Shown: positions 1 through 14,067, counted from the stretch's first letter. The stretch: 64,000 nt of DNA from the human T2T-CHM13v2.0 reference genome, Homo sapiens (GCA_009914755.4 CP086569.2:15200001-15264000), one strand, 5' to 3'. Program-made: numbers and translations. The notes: generated from the letters alone by a model not told the origin.

Positions 1-368
1 ATTTTCATGCTGCTGATAAATACATACCCTAGATTGGGCAATTTGCAAAAGAAAGAGGTTTAACTGGACTCACAGTTCCATGTGATTAGTGAGGCCTCAC
101 AATCATGGTGGAAGGCAAGGAGGAACAAGTCACATCTTATGTGGATGGCAGAAGGCAAAAAGAGAGCTTGTGTAGGAAAACTCCCGTTTTTAGAACTATT
201 ACATTTTGTGAGATCCATTCACTATCATGAGAACAGCATGGGAAAGTGCTGTTTCAATCATCTCCATAATTCAATCATCTCCATCCTAGTCCCTCCCACA
301 ACATGTGGGAATTATAGGAGCTACAAGATGGGATTTGGGTGGGGTCACAAAGCCAAACCATATCATGA
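1..368 (-). mobile_element. MaLR LTR of THE1/MST type, 5' part cut by the window start
   Basis: The reverse complement matches the THE1 LTR hallmark. The segment runs from cttacaatcatggtggaaggcaa to gagatttgggtggggtcacaaagccaaaccatatca, which is the rc of TGATATGGTTTGGCTGTG...CCAAATCTCATCTTGAATTGTAGCTCC. The 82-435 ORF is a chance frame inside it. Confidence 0.8.
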
Positions 369-1602
369 TCTATCTTTTTTTATTATTATTTTTATTATAG
401 TAGTATGCAACCTTAGAACATATATTCCTCTGTAATCTTCAGTCATCTCTTGCACAGATGAATGAGTTTATATGGTGCTGCTGTTTAATTATTCAGATCC
501 ATACAATAATGAATAGTTAAGATTGATTATGAAAGAAAGAGTAACAGCAAAATACTCCAATTAAGCAAGCATTTGGTTTAGAAAACTAATCTAGGCTTAT
601 ATTTGTTATTTTCTCACATTTTACAGTTGTTTAGGGTTAAATCCAAAATTTCCTGAGTTTTGTCCCATGAAAGCTAACATCTTATCATCTAATATTTACT
701 TCTCAACTACGAGCTATGGTTTGAGTATTTGTCACCTTCAAAACTCATGTTGAAACTTGGTTCCTAATGTAGAAGTGTTGAGAGACGGTACTTTTAAAAG
801 GTAACTAAATCATAATGAGAGAGCCCTCATGGATTAATTTATTCCATGGATTAATGGGTTAATGTACTAATGGCTTAATAGGTATTATGGGAGAGAAACT
901 GGTGGCTTTATAAAAAGAGGAAGAGAGATCTGAAGTAGTGTGTTGGCACATTCAGCCCCCTCACCACATAATGCCCTGCATTGCCCTAGGATTCTGCAGT
1001 CTCCACCAGCAAGAGGGCTCTCACCAGATGCTGACCCTCAACCTTAGACATCTCAGCCTTTATGATTGCTAAAATTACATACCTGTCTTTATAAATTACT
1101 GAATTTTAGCAATTCTGTTATAGGCAACAGAAAATGGACTGGGACACTATCATAGCAATGACTTATAGAAGTTATGAAGCTATTTGCTTGCATTTTCTCA
1201 AGTTGATATCCTATTCTTGATTAATGTATAGCATATCCGTTCTTTAAATCAGTACTTGTCAAATTTTAACGTTTATATAAATCACCTGGGGATCGTTTTA
1301 AAATGCAGTTTATAATTTAGCAGCTCTGGGGCAGGATCTGAGATTTTGCATTCTACCACCCAGCTGCTAGGTAATGTTGATGCTGTTTGAGGTCCTTGGG
1401 GTAGTCAGGCTTAAGTCAGGGATCAGCCAGTGTGTTCTGTAAAGCACCAGATAGGAAACATTTCTGGTCTAGGTGATCTCTGTGCCATCTACTCAATGCT
1501 CCCAGTTTAGTCAAAAGCAGCCAGGGACAATGAAAAAATGAAACCATGTAGTTGTGTTTCAGTTAATTTTGTTTACAAACACTAAGTTTTAAATTTTCTA
1601 TT

Positions 1603-1892
1603 TTTTTTTTTTTTTTTTTTGGACCAGGTCTCACTCTGTTGCTCAGTCTGGAGGGCAGCAGCATGATCATAGCTCACTGCAGCATCAACATTTTGGGCTT
1701 AAATGATCATCCTGCTTCAGTCTCCCAAATAGCTGGGATTAAAGGCATGTGCCACCACGCCTAGCTAAATTGTATAAAAAATTCTGTAGAGACAGGGTTT
1801 TACTATGTTGCCCAGGCTGGTCTTGACCTTGACCTCTTGCCTTGGCCTCCCAAAATATTGGGATTGCATGCATGAACCACCAGGACAGACCA
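1603..1892 (-). mobile_element. Alu SINE, older AluJ/S-like, full length, minus orientation
   Basis: A poly-T run at 1603-1622 is followed by ggaccaggtctcactctgttgctcagtctggagggcagc. The element ends in gggattgcatgcatgaaccaccaggacagacc, the rc of the Alu 5' end. Confidence 0.9.
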
Positions 1893-2860
1893 AAAATATT
1901 ATAAACTTTTTTCAAACTTTTAAAAATGCAAAAAAACTTCCTTAGCTCATGAACTGTGTGAAAACAAGTGGCAGGCAAGATTTGGCCTGGGACCACAGTA
2001 CACTGACCTCTGCTTTAATTTGTCATTCTATAGTAGATTGAACTGTTTGCAAGAAGTGGACTGTGTTGATTAAAGAACATGACATTCTCCTCCATCTCTA
2101 CATGCTCCAAGTTGTTTACAGGAGTTCTCTGAAAAAGCAAAAGAAGTAGAGTTTCATGTGCATGTAAGAAAATATCCTGATTATTTGTCCTGACAGATTA
2201 GATACTAAGACCACATTTTTAATGTTTATTTTAATTTCTTGAATTTATATTTAGAGAAGATATCAGGCATCTGTTGAATTGTTCTGTATTTAATATTACA
2301 GTATGGATCAATGGGACATATAAAATACATTTAGTATGATTTATAGAGATAATTATTTTCCAATTATGTTTTAATTGGAGCTTTAGGAGACGATTGCAAT
2401 TTCTTTTTATTTAATATTTCCACATGTCCATACCACTAGGACAAAATTTAAATATCTACATAAATCATTACATTTAAGTTTAAACCTCAGATTTAAACTT
2501 AGCTTAGGGAAAAACTTAGCTTGGGAAAAACTGTGCTTAGCTTAGGATAAACTTATTAATATCCAGGTAAAGTCTTTGACCCTGTTCTTACAGAAATCTG
2601 ACAGGATGTGTTAATGTTAATGTTTGAGTTTTACTTCGATTGCCTTTGGCCTTGACTATGTAACATGCTTGCTTTCTGTGATGGCGTAGCTTTGGACAAC
2701 TTAGAATAAGGGTAGCCTAATCCTGGAACAACAGAAACTTTATGGCAATTATAACTCTAAAATCCAGAACATAGCATATCACTTCATCAGTTCTAAGATA
2801 CCATAGACTGAAAGTTGTATCTTTATTTTACATGCCACTAAGGAATGAGGAGTAAAAACA

Positions 2861-2862
<2 letters not shown>

Positions 2863-2898
<36 letters not shown>
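2863..2898. repeat. (CA)n microsatellite of about 18 units
   Basis: An uninterrupted cacacaca run. Confidence 0.95.
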
Positions 2899-2900
<2 letters not shown>

Positions 2901-3760
2901 CTAAAATAAGCTAGCCTTTGACAATGCTAGTCCATCAATTTTGAGTCACATGCTAATTTCATATCTGGTTCTTAGAATCAAAGAAATACAGTCTTTAAAC
3001 CTTAAGTGCACATTTAGGCTAAAATTATCTAATTTTGTATTTATGTGAGATGATGATTATGATAACACTGCTTAAAATACTGATTACAGTATCCAAAATG
3101 TATTATTTTCATTGCTTCATTGCCTTCTAGATGGACTAATATGATTATTTTTTATGACAAAATGGAGTCTCAGACATGTGGAATACTTTATTCGATGTTA
3201 CACAGATACTACATTCATCAGGGAATTTTAGCTGCTAAAATAAGTGAATCTGTGCTCAGATTCACTTATTTATCACTCTTGCAAAGACCAACACAGATAT
3301 CATTGATGGAAGGTGGCTGTTCCCCAAGCAGCTATTGGAAATCCTGAACTCTTACATACTATGGGTCTACCATCTTCTAGGAATAGTTTCCAATTTCTCC
3401 ATGCTTGTGCTCTCAAGTCCGTGCAAGTGGAAGTAATACAAGAAAGTGCACGTTGCAGGTTTTTATGGTGTCGCTCAACAGTTCTGCTCACATTCCTTTC
3501 TCCAGAAATCAGTCATGTGAGGTCCAACTGCAAGGAAGTTGGGAAATGCATCAACCCTTGGACCAGGAAGAAGAAATAAATTAGTATTCAAGAGAGAATC
3601 CTCCAGGTTTCTTGTCTTCTCCTTCGAACTGAACCCTTCCTAACCCTTTTAATATTTACATTCCAAATTCTACCCCAAAGATAAAAAGAGGGCCAAGATC
3701 AATGATTTAAGTGATCCTAATTGTTTCCTGACTTTCCAGTTTTGTTTCTACTTTGGTGGC

Positions 3761-4000
3761 TTTTTTTTTTTTTTTTTTCGAGACAAAGTCTCACTCTGTT
3801 GCCAAGGGTGGAGTGCAGTGGCACCATCTCAGCTCACTGCAACCTCCACTCCCAGGTTTCAGCAATTCTCCTGCCTCAGCCTCCCAAGTAGGGATTACAA
3901 GTGTGCATTGCCACACCTGGCCAATTTCTGTATTTTTAGTAGAGGTGGGGTTTCATCACGTTGGCCAGGCTGGTCTCGAACTCCTGACCTCAGGTGATGG
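3761..4000 (-). mobile_element. Alu SINE, minus orientation, lacking about 40 bp of its 5' end
   Basis: A T18 run is followed by cgagacaaagtctcactctgttgccaagggtggagtgcagtggcaccatctcagctcactgcaacctcc and runs to ggtctcgaactcctgacctcaggtgatgg. The 3753-4064 ORF is an artefact. Confidence 0.9.
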
Positions 4001-4744
4001 CATCTTTTTAATTTCAGTGTTCCAAGATGGGCAATTATGGATTTCATTTCCTGAAAGTTTATGATAGCACTTGCTCAATTATGCAGAGCAGTATTTCTTA
4101 CCACACTGGGGGTATTATCTTTGTGTTAGTCCACTAGTCTATGGTATCAGCTAGTGGAACTTGTAATATTTTAGCACCTTGGAATATTAGTGTAATGGTT
4201 CTAATGGCAGCTTACATTTGCATGGGGCCAGGAGATGCTTTCTGAAGATCTGTACACATGTTCTTGCATTTCATCCAAACTACAGGTTTGGATCCAAACT
4301 ACTACAGCCAAGCTATAACTAGCCAGTGCTAGAAGAAAATTGGCTCATTTTAACTATATACTGGTAGAATAGATGAGATTGCCAAAGATGCAAGAGTGTT
4401 TTGTCTTCCCTTTTCTCTGTGGTACTTTTTGATTACACTATGTGTTTCTGACCCTCATTGTGAATAAGAGCCCATCATTGCCACTGGAGAAGAGTCTGCC
4501 AGGCACATGAGCAGAAGCAGTTCTCTTTGCTCTCCTTCCTCATTGAAATATCCAAGTGATAGGCTTGAAGCCTCAGTCATCAAACAGCTTGAACTTGTGG
4601 TATCTCATTTAGCCTGTGGCTATGAAGTTTTTAAAATAATGAATAAGTTATCTGGATGTCTTTGCAGGGCTCAGCAAAGCAGAAATACTGTCACTTATGG
4701 GAACACAGGGACAATTTCAGTAATACAAAGAAGAGATATCAAAA

Positions 4745-5025
4745 AGGCTAATGCTGATTTTTTCTCTTTCTTTCTTTTGCCTTTTATTTATTTTATTTAT
4801 ATTATTTTTTATTATACTTTAAGTTCTGGGGTACATGTGTACAACATCCAGGTTTGTTAGATATGTATACACATTGCCATAGTGGCTTGCTTCACTCATC
4901 AACCCGTAATCTACATTAGGTATTTCTGCTAATGCTATCTCTCCCCTAGCTCCCCATGCCCAAACAGGCCACAGTGTGTGATGTTCCCTTCCCTGTGTCC
5001 AAGTGTTCTCATTGTTCAACTCCCT
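4745..5025 (-). mobile_element. L1 extreme 3' end fragment (L1PA-like 3'UTR), minus orientation, with its A/T-rich tail towards lower coordinates
   Basis: ttattatactttaagttctggggtacatgtgtacaacatccaggtttgttagatatgtatacacattgccatagtggcttgc...ccctgtgtccaagtgttctcattgttcaactcc is the rc of the canonical L1 3' terminus. Confidence 0.8.
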
Positions 5026-5961
5026 AGAAGAAAACCCTAGAAGAAAAGCTAGGCAATATCATTCAGGACATATGCATGGCCAAAGATTTCATGACTAAAA
5101 CACCAAAAGCAATGGCAGCAAAAGCCAAAATTGACAAATGGGATCTAGTTTAACTAAAGAGCTCTGCACAGCAAAAGAAACTACCATCAGAGTGAACAGG
5201 CAACCTACAGAATGAGAGAAAATTTTTGCCATCTATCCATCTACAAAGGGCTAATATCCAGAATCTACAAATAACTTACACAAATTTACAAGAAAAAACA
5301 AACAACCCCATCAAAAAGTGGGCAAAGTAGTATATGAACAAACACTTCTCAAAAGAAGACATTTATGCAACCAAAAAACATATGAATAAAAGCTCATCAT
5401 CACTGGTCATTAGAGAAATGCCAATCAAAACCACAATGAGATACCATCTCATGCCAGTTAGAATGGCGATCATTAAAAAGTCAGGAAACAACAGGTGCTG
5501 GAGAGGATGTGGAGAAATAGGAATGCTTTTACACCATTGATGGGAGTGTAAATTAGTTCAACTATTGTGGAATACAGTGTGGTGATTCCTCAGGGATCTA
5601 GAACTAGAAATACCATTTGACCCAGCAATCCCATTACTGGGTATATACCCAAAGGATTTTAAATCATTCTATTATGAAGACACATGCACACATATGTTTA
5701 TTGTGGCACTGTTCACAAAAGCAAAAAATTGGAACCAACCCAGATGCCCATCAATGATAGAATAGATAAAGAAAATATGGCACATATACACCATGGAATA
5801 CTACGCAGCCATAAAAAGGATGAGTTCATGTCTTTGCAGGGACATGGGTGAAGCTGGAAACCATCATTCTCAGCAAACTAACACAAGAACTGAAAACCAA
5901 ACACCACATGTTCTCACTCAGTGTTGATTTTTATATGTAAAAACCCCTAAAGATTCCACTT
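5026..5961 (+). mobile_element. L1 (L1PA/L1PB-like) ORF2 C-terminal region plus 3'UTR with a poly-A at 5951-5961
   Basis: The 5334-5540 ORF translates as [63 protein letters not shown], a near-consensus L1 ORF2 C-terminus. Downstream I see ccaaaggattttaaatcattctattatgaagacacatgcacacatatgtttattgtggcactgttcacaa. Confidence 0.9.
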
Positions 5962-7840
5962 AAAAAAAAAAACCTGTTATAATTAACAAACGAAGTTGCA
6001 GGTCACAAAATCAACACACAAAAATTGGTTTTGTATCTGTACATTAACAATGATCTATCAAAAAAGGAATTTAAGAAAACAACCTCATTTCCAATAGCAT
6101 CAAGAATAAAATGCTAAGAAATATACTTAACGAAGGAGGTGAAAGATTTATATACTGAAAATATAATTCATTGCTGAAGAAAATAAAAGAAGATGGAAAT
6201 GAATAGGACAATATCTTGTGTTCATGGATTGAAAGACAACATTGTTAATATGTCCATATTACATGAAGATATTACAGATTAAATAAAATCCCTACAAAAA
6301 TGCTGAGGCTTTTTTGTGGAAATATTAAAAATGCCTACAGTTCACACGGAATCAGAAAGGATGCCAAATAACCAAAAGATTCTTGAAAAATAATAAATTT
6401 GAAGTCCTCACACTTCCTTATTTCCAAGCTTCTTACAAAGCTACAGTAATCAAAACAGTGTGGTATAGGCATAAAGACAGGCATGTTTACCAGTGAGACA
6501 GAATACTAGAAATGCACAAGAAACAAATCCTCATGTACATATTCAAATGATCTTTCACAAGGATGCCAGCACTACTCAATGGAAAAGTATAGCCTCTTCA
6601 AAAAATGGTGTTGGTAAAACTAGCCACATGCGAAAGCATAAAGTTGAGATTTTACTTTATACTATATATAAAAATTAATTCAAAATAGATTCAAAGCCTA
6701 AACAATATCTAAAATTATAAAAGTCCTAGAGGAAAACATAAAGCAAAAGCTTCATAACATTGGTCTTGACAATGATTTCTTGGAAATGATACCAAAGCAC
6801 AGTCAACAAAACCACAAATTGGCAGGTGATACTACATCAAACTTAAAAAACATCTGCACATCAAAGGAAAAAATTAACAGAATGAAAAGACAACCTAAAG
6901 GATGGGAAAAATATTTGCAAATCATGTATCTGATAGAGCGTTAATATATAGAATACATAAAGAATTCCTACAACCCAATAACAACAACAAAATAAAACAA
7001 AATAACTGGTTAATAAATGGGCAGAATATCTGAATAGACAATTCTCCAAAACAAACCCATATAAATATGGCCAAAAAGCATATGAAAAACTGCTTAACAT
7101 CACTAATCATTAGGGAAATGCAAATCAAAACTACAATGAGATATCACCTCCTACCCATTAGGATGGCTGGTTTAAAAAACAAAAAAACAACAGGTGTTGT
7201 TGAGGATATGGAGAAATCGGAACCCTTATGCACTGTTGGTGAAAATGGAAAAGGGTGCAGTCCTTGCAGAAAACAAAAAATTAAAAATACAATTACCATA
7301 TGATCCAGCAATCCCATTTCTATGTAATAAGTAAAAGAATTGAAGCCAGGATATAGAAGAGACATATGCACACTTATATTTATTGCAGTATTATTTACAA
7401 TAGCTAAGAAGTGGAAGAACCATTGATGGATGGATGCATAATGTGGGGGGTATATACAAGGCAAGGTTATTCAGTCTCAAAAAAAATGAAATCCTGTCAC
7501 ATGCTACAATAGAAATGGGCCTTGAGCACTCGATGCTAAGAGAAATAAACCAGTCGTGAAAACACAAATACCATACGATTCCACTTACATGAGGTATCTA
7601 AAGTGGTTGACTTCATAGAAACAGAAAGTAGAATGACGGTTGCCAGGGACTGTTGGGAGGAAAAATGGGGATTTTTGTTTAATGAGTATAGTTTCAGTTT
7701 TGCAAGATGAAAAAGTTCTGGAGATCTGTTGCTCAACAATATGCATATAGTTAACATTACTGAACTGTGCACTTAAAAGGAAGATATTAAATTTCATTGT
7801 GTGTGTGTGTGTTATTACCACAATTAAGAATTAAAAAGTG
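5962..7840 (+). mobile_element. Older L1 (L1M/L1MA-like) ORF2 3' half plus 3'UTR, 5'-truncated
   Basis: In-frame remnants FEVLTLPYFQASYKATVIKTVWYRHKDRHVYQ and [61 protein letters not shown] at 7067-7303 are L1 ORF2 motifs. The 3'UTR has the typical old-L1 tail ccagggactgttgggaggaaaaatggggatttttgtttaatgagtatagtttcagttttgcaagatgaaaaagttctggagatctgttgctcaacaatatgcatatagttaacattactgaactgtgcacttaaaa. Confidence 0.85.
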
Positions 7841-9111
7841 CAAGGGTCTAGGCTGGAGGCTTGCTTGTGATGCTTAGCATATTGAGTCTAGGTTCCTGGG
7901 TCCAGTAATCAGGTTTGTAAAGAAGAAAACAACTGATAAAAACACCTTTTACTAAAAGGTTCTCAAGCCATAAACTCATCTAAACAGCTGGATGAATTTC
8001 AACAAAAGATCAAGGTTAAGGTGATACTGACACACTCTCTAGAACCCATAAAGGCTTGGAAATTAGTTACTAACATCAGTATTAAATAATCAAGTCCACT
8101 CTTTTCTGCAAGCTCAAAACTTTAAAATAAAGACATTTGTCACTTTATTAGTCACAATGAATCTAATAAAGACATTTAGACACATTGGCCTTTGTCTAAA
8201 GGCCAATTAAGGGCATCCTGTGCAAAATCATTAAAAAATATGACGTTTAAGAGAGATCTGACTTTGCATATACATGCCACCACTTCTTTCATCGTTCATA
8301 GCAAACAATACAAAATGCTACATAATGAGACTGAGGCTGTGACACTTCATATTTTCAGAGGCAATGGTGAGTCACACCCGCAAGGATCTCACATATGTCT
8401 TTGGAAAATACTTTCATTATTTAATTCCTGCCAGAGCTAAATAACTCTTCTGGGTATCTAATTGAAGTGTGTAGGGCCATGTGAGAGTCAATTCTTTCTG
8501 GAGAAATGGCTTGCTAGTTTCTATCTTACAATGTGTGATTCTGGGGATTATAGCACTCACCTGTTTTTTGAAATATTTTAACAATGTAAATGGTTGCAAT
8601 TTTATTAAAAGTATTAACAAATCTCACTGCAAAAAGTTTTACTTTTGACTGTATCTTTATCACTGAACACACACACGCAAAGACACACACACAAATATTG
8701 TTTTTGAAGAAATAAGTTTTTTGTACCTACTATGTATTACTTGAAAGTAAAAACATAAATTGTTATTCCAGCTGTAGGGGGATTTTATTATTTGCCTTAG
8801 TTTGGCTTCCCTATATGTACACATGGAAACCGGGCTTCAAATGCAAGTGGCTTATTAGAGACGTAAAGCTAGGTGAATGAGAAAATGAGACAGGAAGTAC
8901 AAGGCAAGTAATAAAACAGTACAGTGTATAGAAATATATTGACAGCTAAATCCATAAATAATTTTAAAATTTCTAATAGCCATATTTTTAAAATGTAGGA
9001 AAAAATCAGGGGCAATATTTTTTAATAGTATATTTTTCTTACCCAGTATATCCAAAACATTATCATAACACGCAATCAATATACTATTATTGAAAAGGTT
9101 ATTTTCTATAT

Positions 9112-9393
9112 ATATATTTGAGACAATGTCTTGCTCCTGTAGCCGAGGCTGGAGTGCAATGGGCGTGATCTCGGCTCACTGCAACCTCCGCCTCGCTGGT
9201 TCAAGCGATTCTCCTGCCTTAGCCTACCGAGCAGCGAGGATTACAGGTACCTGCCACCAGGCCTGGCTCATTTTTTGTATTTTTAGTAGAGACGGGGTTT
9301 CGCCATGTTCTCAAACTCCTGACTTCAGGTGATCCCCCACGCCTTGGCCTCCCAAAGTACTGGGATTACAGACGTGGGCCACCGCACCCAGCC
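9112..9393 (-). mobile_element. Alu SINE, AluS-like, minus orientation
   Basis: tttgagacaatgtcttgctcctgtagccgaggctggagtgcaatgggcgtgatctcggctcactgcaacctccgcctc...ctgggattacagacgtgggccaccgcacccagcc. Confidence 0.92.
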
Positions 9394-12082
9394 TGTACTT
9401 TCTTATTGAAATTCTTCAAACTGTGGCGTGCATTGTGTACTTAAAGCACATTTTAGTTCAGACAGTCCACATTTCAGATGCTCATTTGGGTTGCGGTTAG
9501 TGGCTGCCATATTGAGCTGTGCAGTAAAAATGAGATGTTATGAGGCAGCTTTCTTTGTGTTTGGCGCTTAATCCTGCTGTGAAAATGCTGGTAACTAAAG
9601 TCAGAAATATCCTATGAGAGAGCAAGTGCGTTGTGATATGTATTCAGCAAGTCCTGTCGTTTGAGAATGGAGAGCTCCCCCCAGGGATGTTAACTCCCTC
9701 ATCACTTCTCACCTGCCAATGGGACAGAAGAAAGTGGAGTTCAGTGGCCCGAGGAATCCCACTGAGAAGTGACTAGGGTGCCCTCCAATAGCAAGGGTGA
9801 GAGGGTATTGGTGGGCAGTGGTCAGTCAGCATGTGCTGCATTATTCGACACTATTTATATGAAAGTCAAAACAAGATCTCACTCCCAGATGAGTCTTCTC
9901 TTAGACAATTAAAGCAAGATACTTGGAAGTCTATCTTTAAGCATTTTCTTCAGGATCAAAGATTCCACACTTGCTTTCAGAAACACTTTAATTACTTAAA
10001 CTACTGTTAGAGTCAAATAGCTCCTCTGGGTATCTAATTGAAGTCAGTAGGACAATTTTGAAGCCTTAACCTTATTCTTTCCGGAGAGCTGGCTTGCTAT
10101 TTTCTACCTTAAAATTCATGATTCTGAGGACTATGCCACTGTTTTTAAAGGCTACCAACAAGGCAAACATATTGCAGTTTTGATGAAAGCTCAAAAAAAT
10201 AGCCTGATGGAAAGCTTTTACATTTTTTTCATAATAGATTAATAAGTCCAGCTCACAGATTACTCTGGTATATTTTAGTCTTCTGTTGGATATGTTCAAG
10301 TGTCACAATTCTTTTAAACATACATAGGATAACAAAATGAATTGTTAAACATAAGACTGAGGCTGTGATGCTTCACATGTTTTAAAGCAACTATTGAGTC
10401 CCACCCAAAAATCATGGTTAATCTATCTTTGAGGCACCTCAATTTCATTTCTTAACATGCAGGTCATTGTTTGTGGAATTTCCTTTTTGATCTCCAGCTG
10501 AGAGACCAAAACCATCAAAAAAACATGACATGCAGAGTGAGGACATCAAACACTGCATCCTGCTATATTTGCTTGGTTGAGAAAAATACTCAATGTCATA
10601 GTTTCCAGACATGCACATTAAAATAGCCAAAACCTAGCATGCATGGATATCATGAGTACATTAAAAAATGGTATTTGAAGGTACATACACCCCATCTAAA
10701 AAACCTTCAGGGCCAAACTTCAAGGCACAGAAGCAGTGAAGGATTGGAAGGCGACGAAGTGGTGTGCACTGCTCATGTTTCACCCGAACCACCAGAGATG
10801 GAGCTGGAGGTTGAAGGTACAGGATGTCTCAGAGTCGACAATATGGCACATTCTGCTTTCTGTGCTTTGAAGCAGGATGAGAGAGGACTTCATCTACTTA
10901 CTCACTCTTGTCTCCTGTCCCCTCTTAGCCTGAGTTGCCCCACAGAGTTTATGTTCCTGGAATCTATGTGATTTCACCTGGACCCCTTTAGTGCTTACTG
11001 GGGCCTGAAGCTTCAACCAAGTTTGGAAGTGATGGGAGATACTGAAGACCTGGACATGTGGCTTGTCAGCCTAAGGTGGTGGAGGTGTGCATGTTTACCA
11101 AACATCTGGGACATTAGAAAGGTACGAAGGTCTATGAGAGTCCATACAATGGCCTATGCCGCAAGTGATTCGATTTTTGTCATGTAATTATGCCTTGCAG
11201 CTTATTTGCTGTAGGTTAGAAATTAAGGGTGTTTTGGCATGGCTTCCAAGTGTCCTGTGGTCTAGCTCTGTTTTAGGTTTTCTCTGCATTAATACATGGG
11301 CATTTGACTTGAAAAAGAAGTTAACACTTGAGTTTATGTGCAGAAGATGATGCAAGCCCAGTAAATGAAGTACTGCAAAGCAACAGAGGCTTTTGCTTTT
11401 AGTACTATATAAAGAAAATATACACAAGATTAAAAAAGTCTTTGAGAAAACAGGGTAAAATCATTATCACATACAATCCTACCATAAGATAAATATTTAA
11501 TTTTAACATGTTATATTTTACTCATTCAGATATTGTAGGGAAATAAAATTTATACACCTTCTAAACATCTAAAAATTATTAAACATAATTTTTTAAATGT
11601 TCTAAAAGAGTTCTCAACTTGTTTGAAAATATTACTAATAAAGGTAATTATAGGGTCATAAACTTTTCAGACAAGGCTTTTGTGCTAATGAAAACAGTTT
11701 TCCAGGTTAATTCACTCTTCTGTGGTAAACACTCAGTCTGTCAAAATATATTACCCTTTTCCTTCTTTGACTAAATAGGATGATATCTAAGATTAAAGGG
11801 TGTCTTAAAATTATCTGACATTATGAACATTTTAATAAACAATACTTAATGTCAGTCAGTTGTCTTGATCCCATTTTCTAACCATGATCAATAATTCTTC
11901 AATAAACACCTTCATTTACTAGTTATTTATTAAGGCATTAAATTAATTCCTTTTACTGAATCAACTTTCTTGGGGAAATTATCTAAGATGTTGGTTTTTT
12001 TGTTAAATTATATTTTCCTGGTAAAATTTACAATTTTTATATTATTTTACTTTTGTTTTCGGTTCCTCTGTCCCAACCATTT

Positions 12083-12128
12083 TTAATATTTAATTTAATT
12101 TAATTTAATTTAATTTAATTTAATTTAA
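12083..12128. repeat. (TTTAA)n / (AATTT)n pentanucleotide microsatellite of about 9 units
   Basis: taatttaatttaatttaatttaatttaatttaatttaa directly abuts the L1 fragment that follows. Confidence 0.9.
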
Positions 12129-12450
12129 GAGTTCCAGGGTACATGTGCAGGACGTGCAGTTTTGTTACACAGGTAAACGTGTGCCATGGTGGTTTGCTGC
12201 ACCTATCAACCCATCAGCTTGGTATGAAGCCTGGCATGCATAAGCTATTTTTCCTGTTGCTCTCTCTGCCTCACCCTTCCCCATGAGTCCCCAGTGTGTG
12301 TTGTTCCCCTCCCTGTGTCCATGCATTCTCATTGTTCAGCTCCCACTTATAAGTAAGAAAATTCAGTGTTTGTTTTTTTATTCCTGTCTTAGTTTGCTAA
12401 GAAGAATGGCTACCAGGTTCATCCATGTCCCTGCACTACCATTTTGAGTT
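12128..12450 (-). mobile_element. L1 3'-terminal fragment, minus orientation
   Basis: gagttccagggtacatgtgcaggacgtgcagttttgttacacaggtaaacgtgtgccatggtggtttgctgcacctatcaaccc...ctccctgtgtccatgcattctcattgttcagctcccacttataagtaagaaaa is the rc of the L1 3' end. The adjacent (TTTAA)n is probably its degenerated poly-A. Confidence 0.85.
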
Positions 12451-13638
12451 TTAAAAAATAAATTTACTCGACTATCTAGGTTAATGTCATCTGGCATATT
12501 TTTTCTGCTATAAATTGAATTTGATGGAAAAAGTTTGAGTTACCAAGACTCTAAAGGTACCACCCTTCCAGTTATGTATGGATCAATTAGAAGAGCTTTG
12601 CTTTTGAATTTCTCCAGGACAGCCTCCTAAACAATAGGCAGAGATTCATCTTCCATGTATGCATACAAAAAATAAAGCAGGGTTATATCATAGGGCCAAT
12701 TGTATCCATTTGTTTAACTCAGATTTCCTTATGATTAAGATATGTATTTGGGACACTGTTCACAATATACTTGAAGCCCTCCAGGGAAATCTAAACAAGA
12801 AGCTATGACTGCTCTGAAAAATATCTAACATATCTACACTGTCCAGTGGTGCTGCTAATGTATATACCCTTTCAAAGTGCACATTCCAGGCAGCTCAGAG
12901 CAAATTATGGGGCTCTTTGCAGAATAAGCACAGCACCTGGCTATATGCCTGAATAATAGCCCTAACTTTCATTATACTTTACAGTTTACAAGTGCTTTTA
13001 CCATGCATATGGGTGAGCATATGGTTCAGTTTCTCTCTAACAATCCAGCTTTCAAATATATTGCTTACCATCAGATTTGGCAACAGAGTGCGTGAACCTA
13101 TTTTGGGGTGAGAGAATGTATCCCGTCATTGCATCCTGACAGCCTGACAGACACTAGGTGGACGTATCTGAAATGAGGGGTTTCTTCACTGAATCCTAAG
13201 AGGAACCCTGTGAGTAAGCATCTTTGATGAGGATTCTAAGTTCCATGGAAGTAAAATAATTAGTGCAAGTTAAGCTTGCTTGTAAATGGCCATGCTGGGA
13301 GATTAACTTGGATCTCTGCCCCCCAATTTGGGCATTTTTACATTATTAATCTATACTAGTGACTATGTTATACAGCTAAAATAATTATTAGCCCAATTAG
13401 AAATGTTGTAATTAAATTTTATCATCAAACCAGAACATCTCTGATGACAGGCTAAGTGGAAAAGTGGATTCTGAAAACAGAATGTTCTTTGAAGTCATGA
13501 TAGTGAGGGATACTATCTGGTATTAAGTTATCAATCAGGATCAATCTTAATTCCCAATAGCCTATTAGGATTCAGTCTAGACGTGCTGTCACTTTTGCTT
13601 CTAGACCTCAGGATAATCCAACACTTTTTAAAAAATGT

Positions 13639-14067
<429 letters not shown>

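Noticed and set aside
10639-10971. 110-aa ORF in apparently unique sequence (MHGYHEYIKKWYLKVHTPHLKNLQGQTSRHRSSEGLEGDEVV...).
   Set aside because: It has no recognisable domain, no Kozak-like context or polyadenylation architecture, and no flanking splice-like signals. Its length is within chance expectation for 64 kb in six frames.
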